From assembly GCA_965203055.1 (NCBI GenBank), contig OZ241863.1, forward strand, positions 2,816,001-2,880,000: DNA of 64,000 bases, given 5' to 3'. Positions within the stretch are counted from its first letter, which is position 1. Each line of letters begins with the position of its first letter. Shown here one piece after another: positions 19,543-28,067 of the stretch. The position numbers were made by a program, and so were the translations under genes. The notes below the pieces were generated by a model. It worked only from the letters and a program-made list of their open reading frames with translations. It was not told the origin of the DNA and made no database searches. Source of the stretch: Spirochaetia bacterium (lineage in GTDB: Bacteria > Spirochaetota > Spirochaetia > SZUA-6 > Bin103).

Positions 19543-20868
19543 TCACCGGTCTACCGGCGCCTGACGATCTTCGCCGGGGCGCCCGAATTCGGCGCCGGCG
19601 TGGCGGTAGCGGTGATGGGCGGCGCACAGCAGGCGGAGATTGTTCGGCTCGGCGGCGCCGCCGTAGGCATACGGCACGACGTGATCGATCTGCAGCAGGT
19701 GTTGCGAGCCGCAACGGCGCCCGCTGGTGCGGTCCACGTAGCGGCAGCGGCCGCGGCGCGGTCGCGCCGCCACACCTCGCGCTTGACCGCCGCCGGATGG
19801 CGCGGCCGGGCACGCCCGTCTTCGCTGCCGAAGTCCGGGGCCGCGGCGCGGCAGCCGGCTTCCGCACGCCGTCGCAGCCTGCCGGCCCAGGCGCCGCGTC
19901 TTCGGCGCCGAAGTGGTGTCGGTCGCCGGCTTCGCTGCCGAAGTGTCCGAGCGGTCAGCGGCTTCGTCTCCCGGCTCCGCCGGCGCCTGAGCCGATACCT
20001 TCGCCGCCGAAGGAGCGGCGCTGTCTGCGCCGCGAGCCGAAGCCGCCTGCGTCTTCGCCGCCGAAGTTTGCTCGGCGCCTTTGGCCGAAGCGGGGCGCCG
20101 CCCACGCGGCGGCCGGGCCGGGTCGTGGCGGTCGAGCCCTTCCCGCACCAGCCGTCCCATGAGCTGCCCCATCGTCATTTGCGGATCGACGTGGGACAGG
20201 AGGCCCTTGAGCCGCTCCAAGCCCCGCCGGCACTCATCGTCGATCACCGCCTTGAGTTCCCAGCGCCCGCCGCCGAGGGGCCGCACCCGATCCGCCGCCG
20301 CCGCCAGCTCCGGGTCCACCTCGGCCAGCAACTGCATCACCTCCCGGCTGCTCTTGCCGGCCGCCTGCTCCACCAGCTCCCGCCGCGCCTCCGGGTCCAG
20401 CACCGGCGCCGGCTTCCGCTCCGCCGGCCGCGGCGGCGCCGAGCCGTTCTGCGACTGAGCGGCAGCCCCGAACCCGGTCCCGCCCGGCGCGCTACGCGCC
20501 GAGCGTTCCTTCTTGCGCTCGTGCCGGTCGAAGGCGTTCTGCAACTGCGCGGCTGCGTTCAGCGTCATCGTGCCATTCCGCAGGCGCTCGCGCACGCCAT
20601 CGACGTCCGCGCAGAGCCGCATCGCCTTGATGCGCCGCCACGCCGCGGCGTCGCTGTAACCCAGTTCGCGCACCGCATAATCGAACAGGCTCGAGAACCC
20701 GCGGCGCAGATACAGGCGGCGCTTCTGAATCTCCCGCAGGTGGTCGATGACGACCACTTCGAGATGGTGTTCGATGCGGGAAAGTTCCTTGGTCCGCTCC
20801 AGCAAACGGTCGTCTGAGAGGGCGGAAACGGTAGTCGTGACGGCCCCGTCGGAAGCATGATTGTTCAT
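19543..20868 (-). CDS. HNH endonuclease with DUF222-like N-terminal domain; locally scrambled by three compensating indels
   Basis: N-terminal LSDDRLL...RRLYLRRGFSSLFDYAVRELGYS. C-terminal CRYVD...C..LQIDHVVPYAYGG..EPNNLRLLCAAHH. The family-typical segment RAIPAAVKREVWRRD is split over other frames. Confidence 0.8.
   Translation of the reverse strand: MNNHASDGAVTTTVSALSDDRLLERTKELSRIEHHLEVVVIDHLREIQKRRLYLRRGFSSLFDYAVRELGYSDAAAWRRIKAMRLCADVDGVRERLRNGTMTLNAAAQLQNAFDRHERKKERSARSAPGGTGFGAAAQSQNGSAPPRPAERKPAPVLDPEARRELVEQAAGKSSREVMQLLAEVDPELAAAADRVRPLGGGRWELKAVIDDECRRGLERLKGLLSHVDPQMTMGQLMGRLVREGLDRHDPARPPRGRRPASAKGAEQTSAAKTQAASARGADSAAPSAAKVSAQAPAEPGDEAADRSDTSAAKPATDTTSAPKTRRLGRQAATACGSRLPRRGPGLRQRRRACPAAPSGGGQARGVAARPRRGRCRYVDRTSGRRCGSQHLLQIDHVVPYAYGGAAEPNNLRLLCAAHHRYRHAGAEFGRPGEDRQAPVDR
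19820..20066. repeat. Five copies of the 14-bp palindromic motif CTTCG-N4-CGAAG inside the HNH gene
   Basis: Copies at 19820-19833, 19900-19913, 19930-19943, 19999-20012 and 20053-20066. On the minus strand they encode (T/P)SA(A/P)K. Confidence 0.8.
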
Positions 20869-20874
20869 GACATA

Positions 20875-20903
20875 AGTATAATCATGGAAACCATTTGAGT
20901 CAA
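20875..20903 (-). promoter_or_regulatory. Near-consensus sigma70 promoter for a leaderless HNH transcript
   Basis: TTGACT (20903-20898), 17 nt, TATACT (20880-20875), 6 nt, ATG 20868. No RBS. Confidence 0.75.
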
Positions 20904-20974
20904 GCTCTTCGGCCCGGAAGATGCCACCTGAGGGCGTGACGCGGCGGCGCATTTCCAAGCGGCTGGACGTTCCG

Positions 20975-22810
20975 TCAGATGCTACTGCCGAGAATGTCGC
21001 CGGCGTCGACAGGGCGCGATCTGCCGGGTACCGGAGGGCCGGCGCCGGTGCCGGCGCGGGCTTCGGCGGCGGCGCGGTCGGCGTTGAGGGCGAGGAGGCG
21101 GGCGAGCACTTCGTCGCGGACTTCGTCGGGCCAGCGCCAGCGGTAGGGCTTCTTCTTGCGGCCCCAGGCGGCCTCGTCGATTGCGTAGTCGAGGAGCAGG
21201 TCGCAGTCGGTGGGAATGTCGCTCCAGCCGTAGGCGTCGAGCACGGCGCGGTCCATGGCGGCGTGCAGCTCGCGCAGTTCGGCGATGCGCGGGTCGGTCT
21301 CGTAGAGATCGTGGAAGCGGTTGTAGGTTTGGGTCATGCCCTCGTCGTTGTCCACCATGAGCGCCGCGCGGTGCTCGTAGTACGCCTTGCCGGCGGCTTC
21401 GAGGGCGGGATGAGTGTCCCAGCCTTCCGGGAACGGGAAAGTCTCGAAGCAGTCGGAGGGGGTGTAGCGGAGCCGTTCTTCCAGTGACGATCCGAAGAAC
21501 GGACCCAAACTTCGTGAGGGCGGGATTGTAATGCGCAGATTGCGGCGTACTAAGTCAACGGAAAGACGATCATGGATTCCGCGTACACCATGTCTCTTGG
21601 GAGGAAGGTAAATGCCGCGTGTTGGCCGACACGGGAGACTACCAGCACTCGGTCCAGGCCAGCGATGGCGGCGTAGAGGCCCGGTCGCTTTTCGGCGTAA
21701 TGCCACCAACGCTCTCGAAGCGCTTTGCGGTTCTGGACGTCGCGCTCTGGCTTGGTCTTCGTCTCGACGATCCTCAGCAAGTCCGGCCAATCGGCCGCTA
21801 CCGGTTCGGGGTAGTCGTGCGGCGCAAGCGGACGGCGCCGCAACGCTCGCCTTCTCTCCGCGCCAGCCGCGGCCCACGACTCTCCGATCTTCGCCCGGTG
21901 CAAGGGCCAGTCGTGAAAGTTGATGACGTAGCGATGGTGGGCGTGAGTCGGACTGGTGTTCACCTCCTCGCCGCCGACGTAGGGGAAGATCACTTCCCGG
22001 TTGCGCGGGTCCTGATCGATCAGCCGCCGCATCTCGGCGAGCGGTGATGCGACGCCTTTCTTGTCGGTGTCGTCGAAGGTAAAGCCCATGCCGAGCACGA
22101 TGCTGCCCTGAAAGCTCTTGCCGGCGTTGGCCGCAAGCCGCACCGGGTCGGCGTGGCCGCCGCGATGGAACAGAAACGCCGTGATATGGTCCACCGGTGC
22201 GCGGTCGAGCATCCTCTTGCCGGCAAGCTCGCCCTTGGCGAGGTGCACGACGCTGACCACGACCGCCGCATCGCCCGGCCCCGGTGGCGCGCAGCAGGCG
22301 CTCGGCGCGCCCCTGGGCGGATGCGTCCAGCCCGCCGGCGCCGGGCGCCGGGCGGTCGAACTCCTGGCCGGCGGCCAGCACCTGCACCAGCAGTTGCCAC
22401 GGGGAGTCGCCGCTGCCGGGATCGCGCTCGCGCACCGCGAAGTCGGGACGCAGGGTCTCGCCGTAATCGGGCAGCGGCAACGTGAGCTCTTCAGGGATCG
22501 GAGTTTCTTCGGTGAAGCCGGCGTAGCCCCGGGGCGAGAAGCCCCAACCGAGCACCGCGGCGGCGAACTCGCGGAAGTCGCGGATGCATGCGATAGGCTG
22601 CTGGTCGGGAGCGAGCGGAGCGAGCTCGCGTTCCTCGGTGCAGCCGGCGAGCAGCGCCTGCCGGTGGGAATCCTGGCGGTTGACGAACGCGCCCGCCTTG
22701 AGCAGCGCCGGCGGCGACACCACCAGACCGTGCGGCTGGATGAACCCCAGCCATTCCAGGTGCGCGCGCGTGTTCGGATCGGCAGCAGGCATCGTTTCAG
22801 CAGCCCTCAT
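20975..22810 (-). pseudogene. Type IIG/IIL (Eco57I/MmeI-like) restriction-modification enzyme remnant with internal deletion, stop and frameshift
   Basis: N-terminal HLEWLGFIQPHGLVVSPPAL is joined at ~22280 to C-terminal (W)PGDAAVVVSVVH...SFQGSIVLGMGF...RYTPSDCFETFPFP...LRELHAAMDRAVLDAYGW. No SAM-binding or NPPY-type motif remains. In-frame TAG at 21550-21552 and a 1-bp loss near 21500. Confidence 0.8.
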
Positions 22811-22971
22811 AATAGACTACCCGACGACCAAGGGGACGCAGGTAGCGCCGGGCGGCATAGCGGACAGGAGGCTTCTTGCCAGGGTCTACCAACAATTGGA
22901 AGTGCGCCCTGCGCTGCCCGCGCGGGCGCGGCGTTGCGGCGGCGCGCGGCATCGGCTATGGTATCGTTGCT

Positions 22972-23982
22972 ATGGCATCTGCAGACCTTGGCAGGCGCAG
23001 CGCGCGCGGCGAGTGGAAGCCCGCCGAGCGGATCGAGCTGCCGGCGCCGTTCCAGTGGCCGCTCAAGCCGCTGGAGATTCTCAAGTGGATCTTCGCGTTC
23101 CCCGGCTACCTGTGGCCGATGAACGCGCTCTGGTTCGGAATCACTGCGCTCACCTGGTTCGCACTCACGCCGCCGCTGGAGTCGATGGCGACCTTCCGGC
23201 CCGGCTGGATGGCGTGGATCTTCGCCCGCAATGCCGCGCTGCTGTTCGTGTGGTTCGGCCTGTGGCACACGCGGCTGTACATCCAGCGCGCGCAGGGGCT
23301 GCGCTACAAGTACAGCAACCGCTGGCTGAGCACCGGGAACCGCGGCTTCACGTTCAATCACCAGACCCGCGACAACGTGTTCTGGAGCGTCGTGTCGGGC
23401 GGCGGGATATGGTCGATCTACGAGATCGCCACGCTGTGGGCGTACGCCAACGACTATCTGCCGTTCGTCGAGCTGCGCACCAACCCGGTCTACTTCGTCG
23501 CGCTGGCGCTCTTGATCCCGCTCATCCGCGACGTCCACTTCTACTGGGTCCATCGGCTCCTGCACTGGAAGCCGCTGTACAAGGCCGCGCACTACCTCCA
23601 TCACCGCAACGTCAACGTCGGGCCGTGGTCCGGGCTGTCGATGCATCCGCTCGAGCACCTGCTCTACTTCAGCGGGGTGCTGCTGCACTGGATCCTGCCG
23701 TCGCACCCGCTGCACGCCATCTTTCATCTGCAGCATGCCGCCCTCTCGCCCGCGATCGGCCACACCGGGTACGAGAAGGCCGAGCTCGCCACCGAGTCGC
23801 TGGCGCTCAAGCACGGCAGCTACTTTCACTACCTCCATCACCGCTACTTCGAATGCAACTACGCCGGCGACAACGGAATGGTGTTCGACCGCATGTTCGG
23901 AAGCTTCCACGACGGCACCGAGGAAGCGCACACCAGGATGCGCGCCCGGACCCACGCCCGCATGCGGAACCGCCGCGCGTAG
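22972..23982 (+). CDS. Sterol desaturase / fatty acid hydroxylase family protein
   Basis: His boxes HFYWVHRLLH, HYLHH, HYLHHRYFECNY, plus TM segments. Confidence 0.9.
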   Translation: MASADLGRRSARGEWKPAERIELPAPFQWPLKPLEILKWIFAFPGYLWPMNALWFGITALTWFALTPPLESMATFRPGWMAWIFARNAALLFVWFGLWHTRLYIQRAQGLRYKYSNRWLSTGNRGFTFNHQTRDNVFWSVVSGGGIWSIYEIATLWAYANDYLPFVELRTNPVYFVALALLIPLIRDVHFYWVHRLLHWKPLYKAAHYLHHRNVNVGPWSGLSMHPLEHLLYFSGVLLHWILPSHPLHAIFHLQHAALSPAIGHTGYEKAELATESLALKHGSYFHYLHHRYFECNYAGDNGMVFDRMFGSFHDGTEEAHTRMRARTHARMRNRRA

Positions 23983-23997
23983 CCGTCAGACCATGAG

Positions 23998-24737
23998 ATG
24001 AAATCCAAATCCAATCTTCAAGATCGCGCCGAGCGGGCCGCAAGGCTATTCCGGGATGAAGCTCGAATTGACGAAGAGATCCTGTCATATCCCAAGGACT
24101 TGGTGACCAAGACGTTTGCCGACAATAACTTCATTTCCTACGACCGATCGGATCGGTTTTTCCGTCAGATCGACAAGCCGGAGTTTCGAGGTCGAGATCA
24201 AGTAGAGAACGACAAATCGAGAGTGCAGGCGCTTCCCATCGTTGTCGTACGGAACGCTGATGGGGATGTGCTGCGTCTTCGACGGCGCGAAAAGACGAGC
24301 GGTAATCCGCTTCACAACAAGATCGTACTGTGGGCCGGCGGTCACGTTCGGCGTGAGGACGACTACAACGGCGATCCCCTTGTTCACTGCGCCGTCCGGG
24401 AACTCGAAGAGGAGCTGCGACTGCAGATAGCGAGTTCCGATCTCGTTCCGATCGGAGCTCTGTACTTTGACAACGGGGGAAGTACTTCGAGGCACGTTGC
24501 AATTGCATACGAGTGGCAGGCTGCAACGAATGACGTCTCGATCGTCCTTAGCAGATCGGAGTTCTTCGAAAGAAGGGGGACGTCTTTGAGTGGAAGTTCG
24601 CCGGTGTGGACAAATTGGTAGACGACGTCCGCAAGAAGGAGCTGAAGGAACCCTGGTCCGTGGAGCTGGTTCGCAAGTACTTGGCGAAGGCGGCATTTGA
24701 TGAAGAAGGGAGCCTGTTCGATGCGGTCCATGGGTAG
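23998..24737 (+). pseudogene. Low-GC NUDIX-domain gene with a frameshift near 24595
   Basis: Nudix box GGHVRREDD...AVRELEEEL. Coding continues in another frame (FAGVDKLVDDVRKKELKEPWSVELVRKYL...HG-stop 24737). Sampled lines are about 53% GC. Confidence 0.65.
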
Positions 24738-24764
24738 CCATGGCCGCGTCCCGGAGGAGGAGCC

Positions 24765-25523
24765 ATGGCTGTAACGACGGACCGCGCCCTGCAATATAAG
24801 CAGGACGGCATTCTGTTTCCGATCGATCTGTTCAGCGGCGAGGAGATCGCTGCCTGCCGGCGCGAGTTCGACCGGCTGGACGAGACCGAGGGCGTCGACC
24901 GCGCGCAGGGGCGCAACCGCCAGCGGCACTTCGATCTGGAGTTCGTGTGGCGGCTGGCGGCGCATCCCACCTTGATCGGCGTGATGCGGGAGCTGCTGGG
25001 GCCGGACCTGCTGCTGCTGGCGACCGACTTCTTCGTCAAGTACGGCAGCCCGGAAGCCAACGCGTTCGTCGCCTGGCACCAGGACGTCACCTACTGGGGC
25101 CTGGAGCCGCCCGAGGCGCACACCGCGTGGATCGCCATCGACGACAGCGACGTCGAGAACGGCTGCATGCGCGTCATCCCCGGTTCGCACCGACACGGCA
25201 TCGCCACCCACGGCACCTCCCGCCGAGCCGGCAACCAGCTCAGCATCAACCAGGAGATCCCGGACGAGCTGGTGGATACCTCGTCGGCGGTCGACGTGGA
25301 GCTCCGCGCCGGCCAGATCTCGGTCCACGACGGGCACCTGTTCCATGCCAGCCAGCCGAACCGCTCCCACCGGCGCCGGTGCGGCATGACGGCGCGCTTC
25401 ATCCGGCCCAACGTGCGCCAGGCCGCGGCCAACTCGCTCGGCAGCGACTGGCGGCCGGTCCTGGTGGCCGGAGAAGACCGCTTCGGCAACTTCAACCTGG
25501 CCGAGCGACCGTTCGCCGACTGA
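24765..25523 (+). CDS. Phytanoyl-CoA dioxygenase (PhyH) family protein
   Basis: WHQD, WIAIDD...NGCMRVIPGSH, HASQPNRS..RR. RBS GGAGGAG. Confidence 0.92.
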   Translation: MAVTTDRALQYKQDGILFPIDLFSGEEIAACRREFDRLDETEGVDRAQGRNRQRHFDLEFVWRLAAHPTLIGVMRELLGPDLLLLATDFFVKYGSPEANAFVAWHQDVTYWGLEPPEAHTAWIAIDDSDVENGCMRVIPGSHRHGIATHGTSRRAGNQLSINQEIPDELVDTSSAVDVELRAGQISVHDGHLFHASQPNRSHRRRCGMTARFIRPNVRQAAANSLGSDWRPVLVAGEDRFGNFNLAERPFAD

Positions 25524-25544
25524 CCCTGCGAACGCGCCGGCGGG

Positions 25545-27041
25545 TCAGCGCGGCGGCGCGCTCCGGCCTGAGGCGACGTACCGGTCCAGCGCGCTCTTCA
25601 ACTCCTCGACCACCTGCGGCTGCTCGAAGTAGAGATTGGTCGTCTCGCCCGGGTCGGCCTGCAGATCGTAGAGCTGGCCGGGGGCAGCCGGCGCCTTCTC
25701 CGGCAGGGCATAGGGCTTCAGTTCTTCCCTCTCGTAGTCGTTGCCGCCGGAGCCGCGGTGGTCCAGGTACTTCCACTTGCCGCGCCGGATCGACAGGTTC
25801 AGGGCGGGCTCGCCGCCGGCGCCGGTGTTGCTCAGGAAACTCTGATGCAGGGTATGCGCGCGGACGGCTTCACCGGCCGGGGTCTGGCCGAGCATCGCCG
25901 GCAGGATGTCGTAGCTGTCCTCGGCTGCGTCGTTGGGCAAGTCGACGCCCGTCAGCGCCGCGCAGGTCGCCATCAGGTCGCACAGGCAGACCGTCTGAGC
26001 GCTGCTGCTCCCGGCGGCGATACGCCGCGGCCAGCGCGCGATGAAGGGCACGCGGTGTCCGCCTTCCCATTGATCGCGCTTCATCCCGCGCCACGGGCGC
26101 GCGCCGTCGTGCGCGTAGTCCCGGCGCATGTTCACGACGCTGGTAACTTCCGGTCCGTTGTCGCTGGTCACCATGACCAGCGTATCCTCGGCCAATCCCA
26201 GCCGCTCCAGGGTGTCGAGCAGCTCGCCGACGACGTAATCGAACTCGAAGATGAAGTCGCCGTGCGGTCCGGCGCCGGTCCTGCCCCGAAACTCCTTGCC
26301 GGGGAACGACGGCAGGTGCACGCCCTGGGTGGAGTGAAACAGAAAGAAGGGGCGTTCCGGCGAGGCCGCGGCATGCTGCTCCAGAAACCGCACGCTGCGC
26401 TGCAGAAACACCATGTCGATCTCTTCGAAGTCGAAGCCGGGAGCCAGCCAGCCGATGCGATTGTCCCTGGCGTAGGGATGGTCGGGCAGCCCCGCCCGAT
26501 CATGGAGCCGGGTTGGCGGCACCGGGATGCGGTCGCCGTCGATGAACGCATAGAGGAAGTCGGTGGTCGGGCAACACGCGGTGCCGTAGAAGTGATCGAA
26601 CCCGCGGTGGATGGGCGCGTCGGGAATCGCCCGCGTGTAGTCGATGCGCGCCACCGGCTCGAAGCCGTTCTCGTTGATCGGGCGGCCCTCCCGGTCCGGG
26701 AAGCTCAAGCCCACGTGCCACTTGCCGTACAGCGCGGTGCGATACCCCTGCGCGCGCAGCATGCCGGGCAGCGTGAGGCGGGACTCTTCGATCAGACCGG
26801 GGCCGCCGGCGCCGGTGAACACGCCGGGGACGCCGGTCCTGAACTCCATTCTGCCGGTCAGGATGCTGTAGCGGCTGGGCGTGCACACGGTCGCCGGACT
26901 GTGGGCGTCGGTGAAGCTCATGCCCTCGGACGCCAGCCGATCGAGGTTCGGCGTAGGTACTCGCGACTCGGCGTTGTAGCAGGCCACGTCGCCGTAGCCC
27001 AGATCGTCGGCGAGAATCAACAGAACGTTAGGTCGATCCAC
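25545..27041 (-). CDS. Arylsulfatase (Cys-type)
   Basis: PNVLLILADDLGYGD, VCTPSRYSILTG, GKWHVG, TSDNG, QLYDLQADPGETTNL. Confidence 0.93.
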   Translation of the reverse strand: MDRPNVLLILADDLGYGDVACYNAESRVPTPNLDRLASEGMSFTDAHSPATVCTPSRYSILTGRMEFRTGVPGVFTGAGGPGLIEESRLTLPGMLRAQGYRTALYGKWHVGLSFPDREGRPINENGFEPVARIDYTRAIPDAPIHRGFDHFYGTACCPTTDFLYAFIDGDRIPVPPTRLHDRAGLPDHPYARDNRIGWLAPGFDFEEIDMVFLQRSVRFLEQHAAASPERPFFLFHSTQGVHLPSFPGKEFRGRTGAGPHGDFIFEFDYVVGELLDTLERLGLAEDTLVMVTSDNGPEVTSVVNMRRDYAHDGARPWRGMKRDQWEGGHRVPFIARWPRRIAAGSSSAQTVCLCDLMATCAALTGVDLPNDAAEDSYDILPAMLGQTPAGEAVRAHTLHQSFLSNTGAGGEPALNLSIRRGKWKYLDHRGSGGNDYEREELKPYALPEKAPAAPGQLYDLQADPGETTNLYFEQPQVVEELKSALDRYVASGRSAPPR

Positions 27042-27235
27042 AGGTCACTTCCTTCAAGCGGCGCGGCCTTCCCGCACGACGGCGGGACGCGGGGCCGCGT
27101 ATTCGGGTACAGTCTCGCCGGCAGCCCGAGGCATCGCGGCTGCAAGACGCGGCGGCGCCGGGTGGCGCGGGACCGACTCTACCACGCGGAGCCCGCCCGC
27201 AAGTACGCAAGGCGGCGCCGGACGGGAGGGAGAGG

Positions 27236-28042
27236 ATGAACACCGAGCTGACCGAGGAGCAGATTGCCGCCTACCGGCGCGACGGGTTCCTGGTGGTGCG
27301 CGAGTTTCTGAGCCCGGCGGAGCGGGCCGAGCTGCTGGCCGGCATCGAACAGGCGGTGCGGCAGTTGGGCAGCTACAAGCTGGGCGGCGAGCGGCAGGAG
27401 AAGTGGTTGGACCGAGACAGCTTCTACGACCGGGTGTTCCTGCAGCGCATCAACCTGTGGAAGATCAACGCCGCCGTCAAGAAGTACATGCTGGCCCCGG
27501 AGCTTGGCCGGATGCTGTGCCGGCTGGAGGGGATCGCCGGCATCCGCATCTGGCACGATCAGACCTTGCAGAAGCAGCCGTGGGCCAACCCCACGGCGTG
27601 GCACGCGGACAACACCAAGTGGTCGTATCACTCGCGCCACGCCATTTCCATCTGGATCGCCCTCGACGCGGCAACGCCGCAGAACGGCTGCATGTACTAT
27701 CTGCCCGGCAGTCACCGCAACGAGACCTGCGACGACGTCCCGATCTCCCAGGAGATGGGCCTCTACTTCGAGCAGTTCCCCCAATTCCGCGACGTGATGC
27801 CGGTCGCCGGCGAGATGGAGATCGGCGACGCCGGCTTCCACAACGGCCTGCTGGCGCACGGCGCCGGTCCCAACATGACGCCCCACTGGCGGCGCGCGAT
27901 GACCGCCGGCTACATGCCCGACGGCTCGACCTTCAACGGCACGCAGAACGTACTCTCGGATGAACAGGTCGCCGCCCTCAAGGTGGGCGACCCGCTCGAC
28001 GACGAAGCGCAGAACCCGCTGTTGTGGCCGCAGCCGGCGTGA
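27236..28042 (+). CDS. PhyH family dioxygenase
   Basis: WHAD, WIALD..NGCMYYLPGSH, HGAGPN...RRA. Confidence 0.92.
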   Translation: MNTELTEEQIAAYRRDGFLVVREFLSPAERAELLAGIEQAVRQLGSYKLGGERQEKWLDRDSFYDRVFLQRINLWKINAAVKKYMLAPELGRMLCRLEGIAGIRIWHDQTLQKQPWANPTAWHADNTKWSYHSRHAISIWIALDAATPQNGCMYYLPGSHRNETCDDVPISQEMGLYFEQFPQFRDVMPVAGEMEIGDAGFHNGLLAHGAGPNMTPHWRRAMTAGYMPDGSTFNGTQNVLSDEQVAALKVGDPLDDEAQNPLLWPQPA

Positions 28043-28067
28043 CCCGTTCCGGCGTGCGGAGCCGCTG

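Larger units (their letters stand above)
19446..20958. mobile_element. Putative HNH-endonuclease mobile cassette bounded by direct repeats
   Basis: CGCGG(G/C)GGCGCATTTCCAA at 19446-19464 and 20940-20958 (18/19 identical, same orientation) encloses one HNH gene and its promoter. Confidence 0.5.

Noticed and set aside
19820..20066. CRISPR array interpretation of the palindromic repeats
   Set aside because: Repeats are only 14 bp, spacers vary from 16 to 66 bp, the array is in frame within a CDS, and there are no cas genes.
20975..22810. 611-aa ORF as an intact protein
   Set aside because: Its middle is an out-of-frame Arg/Pro-rich reading. The real coding signal lies in the 21550-22280 frame.
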